DNA of 64,000 bases, from assembly GCA_013426185.1 (NCBI GenBank), contig CP058602.1, positions 546,279 to 610,278 of the forward strand, written 5' to 3'. Below, piece after piece: positions 59,213 through 64,000 of this stretch. The position numbers were made by a program, and so were the translations under genes. How positions within the stretch are numbered: position 1 is the first letter of the stretch; every line of letters begins with the position of its first letter. This DNA comes from Candidatus Woesebacteria bacterium. Its GTDB lineage: Bacteria; Patescibacteriota; Microgenomatia; UBA8517. The notes under the pieces were generated by a model. That model ran no database searches. It had not been told where the DNA came from and worked only from the letters and a program-made list of their open reading frames with translations.

Positions 59213-59303
59213 ATTGCTTAATTATACTCTAAAGACATTTCTAACAGAAAATTTTTTGACTAATTCTCAACGCCACCAAATCAATAACTTGATAACTAAT
59301 AAT

Positions 59304-59337
59304 CAACTCGTCATAAATAATAAATCAATAAAAAAAT
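59304..59337 (+). repeat. Partial copy D of the intergenic repeat.
   Basis: The fragment caactcgtcataaataataaatcaataaaaaaat matches the AACTCG plus AATAAAT tail of copies A and C. Confidence 0.45.
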
Positions 59338-59571
59338 CTGATAGGTGATATCTTTAAGGGAATCCATATCTATCAAAACCGCCATCTGGCAATTCTATCT
59401 GTTTTTTAACCTAGGTGAATCTCAGGCTGTAATTATTCCACCACATTTTATTCCATTCCACCCCCAATTACTGTTTGTTTAAAAAATATTATAACCGTTC
59501 TTTTCGTCATACTCTTATTTTTACCTCTCACCACAAAGTGGCCGCAGAAGACTCCTTAATTCTGACTCTAT

Positions 59572-59820
59572 CTACAATCTTAGTTGAGAATTAGGCACTT
59601 CCAAGAAGGCCAACCAGATTTGCAATCCATTCGCATATTTATACCATTCCTGCTTTCTTTCATGATTAGACATTCTAGAGCCCAACTTGTCAGTTTCACC
59701 TACATCTAACCAATTTTTGGTAGTGTAAATTACATAAACACCAGGTACTTCATTAAATGAGGATTCTAAACGGTATGACCCATCAAAATCATAGTTACCT
59801 ATCCTTACCATTTTTCTCAC
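59572..59820 (-). CDS. Minimal GIY-YIG nuclease-domain protein, 82 aa.
   Basis: PGVYVIYTTKNWLDVGETDKLGSRMSNHERKQEWYKYAN fits GIY...YIG..(x)R...H...E...N, in the same spacing as the UvrC N-domain. Its own TTGACA-N15/16-TATAAA promoter lies at about 59845-59875 on the minus strand. Confidence 0.5.
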   Translation of the reverse strand: MRKMVRIGNYDFDGSYRLESSFNEVPGVYVIYTTKNWLDVGETDKLGSRMSNHERKQEWYKYANGLQIWLAFLEVPNSQLRL

Positions 59821-59979
59821 CCCCTTTCGGGTTTATTTAGGCCAAATTTATAGCGAGTTCAGAAAGTTGTCAATATCAATAACAATATCAAAAGACACCA
59901 GTCTAGGCCAAACTGAGCGTGATATTTAAAAAACTACTGAAGCTAAATTGGCAATCAATGCCAAGATGCGGTAATTAAT

Positions 59980-62163
59980 CTAAAAAACTACATCCTCTTG
60001 GGTGTGGGGATAAAACCATCGCCCACGATAATTTCTTTGGTCGGTATTAGCAATTATTCCGCCAAAAAGTTTCTTACCTTTCTTATTTTGCTCATCAATA
60101 TATTTGTTCAACCCTTCAGACTTTGGACCGAAATCGCTCAACTGCGTTCCATGAGGATCAAATAAACCAAGCCTCCCATCTTTCAACTTCACGATAAAAT
60201 CAACATAAAACGGTTTTTGTTTTCCATTTTCATAAGGTACAGCAAAAAAGGTAGCATCTCTATCTCCATTTTTAAACCACCATTCAACATTCTCCGATTT
60301 TTCCAAAAAATCAATAAAGACCGCTTCCGATTTCCATTTCTCATCGCTGTAAAATGGCTTCATAATTGACTTTTTCGTTTCGATCTTTTTGTATTCGCTA
60401 CCAAAAGAAAGGGTTTCTGGTATATTCCAATTTGGCACATAAACCATCTCGCTTTCTCTTTTCTCAACTTCTTCTTTATATTTTTCTTTCGCTTTGTCTA
60501 AAACATTAACAAAATGTTGAGAATTTTCCTCACTTAAAACAATCTGGACTATATCCTCCCAAACATCTTCATACGGCATTTTTAGTTCCTGCTCAAAAAA
60601 TTTATAAATTGCTTCTTTTACTCTACCAACTGATCTATCCTCAGGATAGAAAGGCGTTAGATTATTTCTTACAAAAAAATCGAATAATTTTTGTAAATCA
60701 AAGCCACCAACTTTTATTGCCTTATCCCCAATAATTTTTGCGCCGGCCAATGCGTCAACATCTTCAGCCTTGTAGTCAGAGATAATTTTCAAATCAATTT
60801 TTCTTGCCTTTATATCAACATTCTTTTTCAAACCATATTCTTTGGCTTTTTCTAAAAATATCTCAATAAAAAGTGGCGATAATCTTGTCTTTTCTCGGTG
60901 TCTTTTGTGATAGCAAGAAAGCAATCTTAAATTAGGGTCAAAACTCCTCTTACTTGTATAAATAGTGATGTAATCTTTGGCAATGTCTTCTTTAATTTCT
61001 ATATCGCCTAAATTGGTATAAACATAGCCGTAATTTAAACTCTCATTTTTGTAATGACCTTTATCCGGTTCCGGCATACGCATAATTCTGCCGACAGTCT
61101 GGATTGAGAAAATTGGGCTGTGCCACTCTCTAAACAAAACTAAAATCTGCGCTCTTGGACAATCCCAGCCCAAAGCAATCGCTTGCTTGAAAAGCAAAAC
61201 TTCCACATAATTGTCTGGTTTTTCTACCTCTTCTTTATTGATATGCTCGCCCGAAAGCCAGATTGCTAATTTATTATTTTCTTTTTCTGTTGAGATTTTA
61301 TATTTATTTTTCAAAATACTTTCCACTCGTTCTCTTATTCTGTCTTCTAAACTTGTTTTTCTGTCGGGTAATTGAATTAAAACTAATGGATTAACATTAA
61401 CCCCTTCTTTTTTATATGCTTCTACTAATTCCTGTCTTTTCTTTATCGCAGCATCTATGACTAACTCTTCACTACCACCGCTTAATTTCTGCGTCTGGAT
61501 TTTCCCATGTTTGATAAAATTAACAAAATCATCATTCAATATAATTCCTTTCTTAATCATTCCTTCTTTTTTGACATCTTCAATAGCAACAGAAACCATA
61601 TCATCTGGATCTCTTAAAACGGGAGTAGCTGAAACCTCAATTGTTAATTTGGGACCAATCATTTGAATTAACCCCTGAGAGATTTTGCTGGTTGCGTGGT
61701 GGTGGGCTTCGTCAATAACTAAAATTATTTCTCGTCCTTCTTCCTTTGTTCTTTCTAATACCTTTGACAAGTTAAAATCCTGCTCATTATCGCGAATATA
61801 GATATTATCTGCCTTGTTGATACTTTCCCAATTAAAAAACAGAATTTCATTTTCACTTATTTTTCTATCGTCCAAATCCTCAAAATAAGAACATTCTAAC
61901 GCTCTGCTTGTTTCAAAATAATTTTCTAACTTTTCTCGGCTTTGAATATGTAGTTGTCTTGGAGCCGTCCAAATAAAACCAAGCGATTTTCTAACCTCTC
62001 TATCATTAACTAATTGCTTTAAAAATTCTGCCATCATTATTGTTTTCCCCGACCCCGTCGGTGCTTTGAAAACTAATTTTTTTCCGCCACCTAAACTCAA
62101 AAGTTTCTTAGCTTTTGTTAACAACTCATCTATTGCATTTTGTTGGTAAATTTTTAGTTGCAT
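59980..62163 (-). CDS. SF2 DEAH-box helicase (ResIII-like N-terminus) with a C-terminal Type III Res / HsdR-like endonuclease-type motif.
   Basis: The Walker A motif is FKAPTGSGKTIMMAEF. The DEAH box is VIDEAHH. Motif VI is QTVGRIMR. The C-terminus carries KPFYVDFIVKLKDGRLGLFDPHG, which resembles the PDFIV...DG...VvEtKG nuclease motif of Res/HsdR subunits but with D-P-H in place of E-x-K. Confidence 0.7.
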   Translation of the reverse strand: MQLKIYQQNAIDELLTKAKKLLSLGGGKKLVFKAPTGSGKTIMMAEFLKQLVNDREVRKSLGFIWTAPRQLHIQSREKLENYFETSRALECSYFEDLDDRKISENEILFFNWESINKADNIYIRDNEQDFNLSKVLERTKEEGREIILVIDEAHHHATSKISQGLIQMIGPKLTIEVSATPVLRDPDDMVSVAIEDVKKEGMIKKGIILNDDFVNFIKHGKIQTQKLSGGSEELVIDAAIKKRQELVEAYKKEGVNVNPLVLIQLPDRKTSLEDRIRERVESILKNKYKISTEKENNKLAIWLSGEHINKEEVEKPDNYVEVLLFKQAIALGWDCPRAQILVLFREWHSPIFSIQTVGRIMRMPEPDKGHYKNESLNYGYVYTNLGDIEIKEDIAKDYITIYTSKRSFDPNLRLLSCYHKRHREKTRLSPLFIEIFLEKAKEYGLKKNVDIKARKIDLKIISDYKAEDVDALAGAKIIGDKAIKVGGFDLQKLFDFFVRNNLTPFYPEDRSVGRVKEAIYKFFEQELKMPYEDVWEDIVQIVLSEENSQHFVNVLDKAKEKYKEEVEKRESEMVYVPNWNIPETLSFGSEYKKIETKKSIMKPFYSDEKWKSEAVFIDFLEKSENVEWWFKNGDRDATFFAVPYENGKQKPFYVDFIVKLKDGRLGLFDPHGTQLSDFGPKSEGLNKYIDEQNKKGKKLFGGIIANTDQRNYRGRWFYPHTQEDVVF

Positions 62164-62165
62164 AG

Positions 62166-62885
62166 TTAAATTTTCCCCTGTAAAAATTTTTGTATATCGT
62201 TTTTGAAAGTTTCTATTGGTGGATTTTCCCAGTCAAACAAATAAATTAAATCTAAAAAAGCATCGAGAGCAAATTGATCTGGTTTATTTAATACATCATT
62301 AACTAAAAAACTGTGCGTATGATAATTCCACGGTTCAGTAATTTTTGCTATGCGAGGGAACATAAAAGGTAATCTGTTATAAGAATCAACAACAAGCTGG
62401 CGATTATTCAAATCATAAAGTTTAATATCAATAATCATATTATCGTCGAAAATACTTTGAGTTGCTAGCCGTTTAGCAAATTCAAAAATTTCCGTCAAAG
62501 TATATAAAGTTCCGAGCACGCCAAGCCATTTTTTCCCTTTTAATTCATCACCTCTTGACCAAATATTCCGATATTCAACATCTTCCATCCAATCTTCGCG
62601 CAAAGCTAAAAGATGGTAAAAATTAGCGCTTTTAGTCATTCTCCAAAATTCAATATGGTTGGACCAGTTAATAATTTTCTCTATTCCGTCCAAAATAGGA
62701 TATGGCTCACCTTCGTTATCTCTAAAATGCGGATAATCCCAACCACGAAGCTCAACTACGGCAGAACGGACAATGTCTTTTATTCTTCGTTTCTCAAGTC
62801 TTTGGGAGTTATAAATATCTGGGCGTATATTTATTTCCCAGTAGCCTTTAGATTTTATTTTTTTTATAATTTCGTCTTTATTCAT
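62166..62885 (-). CDS. Hypothetical Trp-rich protein, 239 aa, whose stop lies 2 nt before the helicase start.
   Basis: The ORF is in a HamA-like position relative to the helicase. No PD-(D/E)xK or other motif could be confirmed by eye. Confidence 0.45.
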   Translation of the reverse strand: MNKDEIIKKIKSKGYWEINIRPDIYNSQRLEKRRIKDIVRSAVVELRGWDYPHFRDNEGEPYPILDGIEKIINWSNHIEFWRMTKSANFYHLLALREDWMEDVEYRNIWSRGDELKGKKWLGVLGTLYTLTEIFEFAKRLATQSIFDDNMIIDIKLYDLNNRQLVVDSYNRLPFMFPRIAKITEPWNYHTHSFLVNDVLNKPDQFALDAFLDLIYLFDWENPPIETFKNDIQKFLQGKI

Positions 62886-62887
62886 AG

Positions 62888-63544
62888 TTATTTTACATCT
62901 TTTAATTCTTCTTGAAACCTATTTTCATCAGTTACAGTGCTTTTTGGCACCTTTACACTTGAAATCGTTCTAAAAAATCTTTGTATTCTAACCGAAAATA
63001 AATCTAATTCTTTCTCAATGGCTAAATCTATTATCTCCCTCATCTCTGAAGGTTCAGCTATTCTTTTCGTTTCCGGTTTATCGGTCCTTATGTAAATTGC
63101 CGCGTTTTCAAGTTGATTCAAGTTTCTTTTATTTTTGCAGATAATAGGGGAAAATATAAAACTTTGAACAGCGAAAACTATAAAATTTTTATCGCCGTAT
63201 TTAATATTTAAAACTTGAAACTTAGGTTCTGGCTCTCCAAAATTTCTAACGTGTTCAAAAATTAAATCTTGATCGTATGTTTTTAAATCATTTTCATCCA
63301 TTCCTTTAAGTAAATATTTCTTTTCTTCGCTATCTTTTTCCACGCCTAGAATTATTTTTCCACCATCACGTGTATTGGACATAGCAAGAATACTTTTAAT
63401 AATTTCTTGAATTTTATTATTTTGCTGGACACCATTAATATCACTTGGCCAAGAAACCGAAGGTTTAAATTCTATGGTTCTACTCTCGTTTGGAGATTCT
63501 AGTATACCACTAATAATTTTGTCTGCTTTTGTTGGATTTATCAT
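62888..63544 (-). CDS. AlbA_2 / Schlafen-like (divergent AAA-4) domain protein.
   Basis: ESRTIEFKPSVSW...IIKSILAMSNTRDGGKIILGVEKD matches the AlbA_2 signature E..lEFK ... AfaNt.GG.l.iGV.d. Confidence 0.55.
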   Translation of the reverse strand: MINPTKADKIISGILESPNESRTIEFKPSVSWPSDINGVQQNNKIQEIIKSILAMSNTRDGGKIILGVEKDSEEKKYLLKGMDENDLKTYDQDLIFEHVRNFGEPEPKFQVLNIKYGDKNFIVFAVQSFIFSPIICKNKRNLNQLENAAIYIRTDKPETKRIAEPSEMREIIDLAIEKELDLFSVRIQRFFRTISSVKVPKSTVTDENRFQEELKDVK

Positions 63545-63548
63545 ACTT

Positions 63549-64000
63549 CTACTTAAAAATCCCCCTATACATCCTCAAAATTGCTTCGGGGATAGGAGAT
63601 AATTTAACCTTTTGTTTAATATCAGTAAATTCTTCATCAAAAGTTTCATCGCCTAATGAGAAAACATAGACGCTGATTTTGCCTTTTATGTCTTTAATCA
63701 CTTTTTTAAATTCTGGAATTGCGGTTTGGTCCCAAATAATGCCGGTATAATGGTTTGAATTTTTAAAAATTTTAAATCTTTCGTTATCTATCACCTTTTC
63801 AAAAGTTCCTTCTTTAACACAAAGCATCTCTGTTGCTTGATGAGTAAGTCTAATTTTATTTTTATCGCTTGGTTCAGCATCAACAAAATCGGTTTTAAAA
63901 TATTTTAGATTGCCGCCCAAACCTTCAACCTGTTCACCTTTTAAATTTTTATATCCTTCAATAACTTTTTTAATTCTCGGGTAGCAAATATACTCGGCGA
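63549..64000 (-). CDS. C-terminal part of a larger protein running off the window (5' end beyond 64000), resembling the C-terminus of Type III Mod / PglX-type N6-adenine methyltransferases.
   Basis: The track start at 63920 is a TTG, and the reading frame stays open upstream to the window edge (...AEYICYPRIKKVIEGYKNLKGEQVEGLGGNLKYFKTDFVD...). RIKKVIEGY plus GGNLKYFKTD resembles the ERIRRxxxx ... GFKVFKL(D) block of Type III Mod C-termini. The call rests on memory of that family. Confidence 0.35.
   Translation of the reverse strand, partial: AEYICYPRIKKVIEGYKNLKGEQVEGLGGNLKYFKTDFVDAEPSDKNKIRLTHQATEMLCVKEGTFEKVIDNERFKIFKNSNHYTGIIWDQTAIPEFKKVIKDIKGKISVYVFSLGDETFDEEFTDIKQKVKLSPIPEAILRMYRGIFK

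Noticed and set aside
59260-59595. 12-bp inverted repeat ctaattctcaac / gttgagaattag flanking a 330-bp ORF-free segment (a possible MITE).
   Set aside because: The right copy lies inside the last codons of the GIY-YIG gene. A 12-mer match in AT-rich DNA is weak evidence, and no target-site duplication was seen.

Overview
The window is visibly AT-rich with short, tightly packed genes. Protein lengths and domain losses resemble a reduced-genome bacterium of the CPR/Patescibacteria type: AlaRS, IF-2, MetRS, ClpB and HrcA are all shortened, a DHH protein is degenerate, and GT-C membrane glycosyltransferases are abundant. The lineage assignment is an inference.

From about 1 to 24.6 kb there is an almost unbroken minus-strand block of housekeeping genes. 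It runs: a partial FtsA/GspL-like membrane protein, alaS, a RodZ-like gene, ftsK, rnj, a family-4 uracil-DNA glycosylase, a frameshifted and domain-truncated Lon-like AAA+ remnant, pnp, rpsO, a DHH-like gene, infB and nusA. A repeat-rich 460-bp non-coding spacer follows. Next comes a complete heat-shock operon, hrcA-grpE-dnaK-clpB-dnaJ(cbpA-like), with a CIRCE operator at its promoter, and then murJ.

From 24.7 to 55.2 kb the genes concern the cell envelope. The region begins with rpsT followed by three tandem hairpin terminators. It continues with pilN- and pilO-like genes and a cluster of secreted or anchored surface proteins, including a clear dockerin and two cohesin-like proteins. Further genes are several GT-C glycosyltransferases (one 822-aa fusion and one DUF2723/TMEM260-like), an LCP protein, two FemAB-family paralogs, two UvrD-family helicases (one AddA-like with a 4-Cys nuclease domain), rmuC, ksgA, metG and a glycolipid-donor cluster. 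That cluster holds a processive GT2, two ArnT-like GT-C genes, a WecA/MraY-family gene and a UbiA-type decaprenyl-phosphate phosphoribosyltransferase-like gene. A second CIRCE operator sits in front of an hsp20 gene.

Immediately after a tRNA-Cys (GCA) at 55.8 kb the character changes. Three hypothetical genes are each preceded by a copy of a ~75-110-bp CGAGTT/AACTCG-rich intergenic repeat. They are followed on the minus strand by a cluster of nuclease and helicase genes. In transcription order these are: the C-terminus of a Type III Mod-like methyltransferase running off the window, an AlbA_2/Schlafen-like protein, an unknown 239-aa protein, a 727-aa DEAH helicase with a Res-like C-terminal nuclease-type motif, a minimal GIY-YIG protein and a Cas4-like 4-Cys PD-(D/E)xK nuclease. 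This last region is the best candidate for an undescribed defence system. No rRNA, CRISPR array, transposase or integrase was seen.
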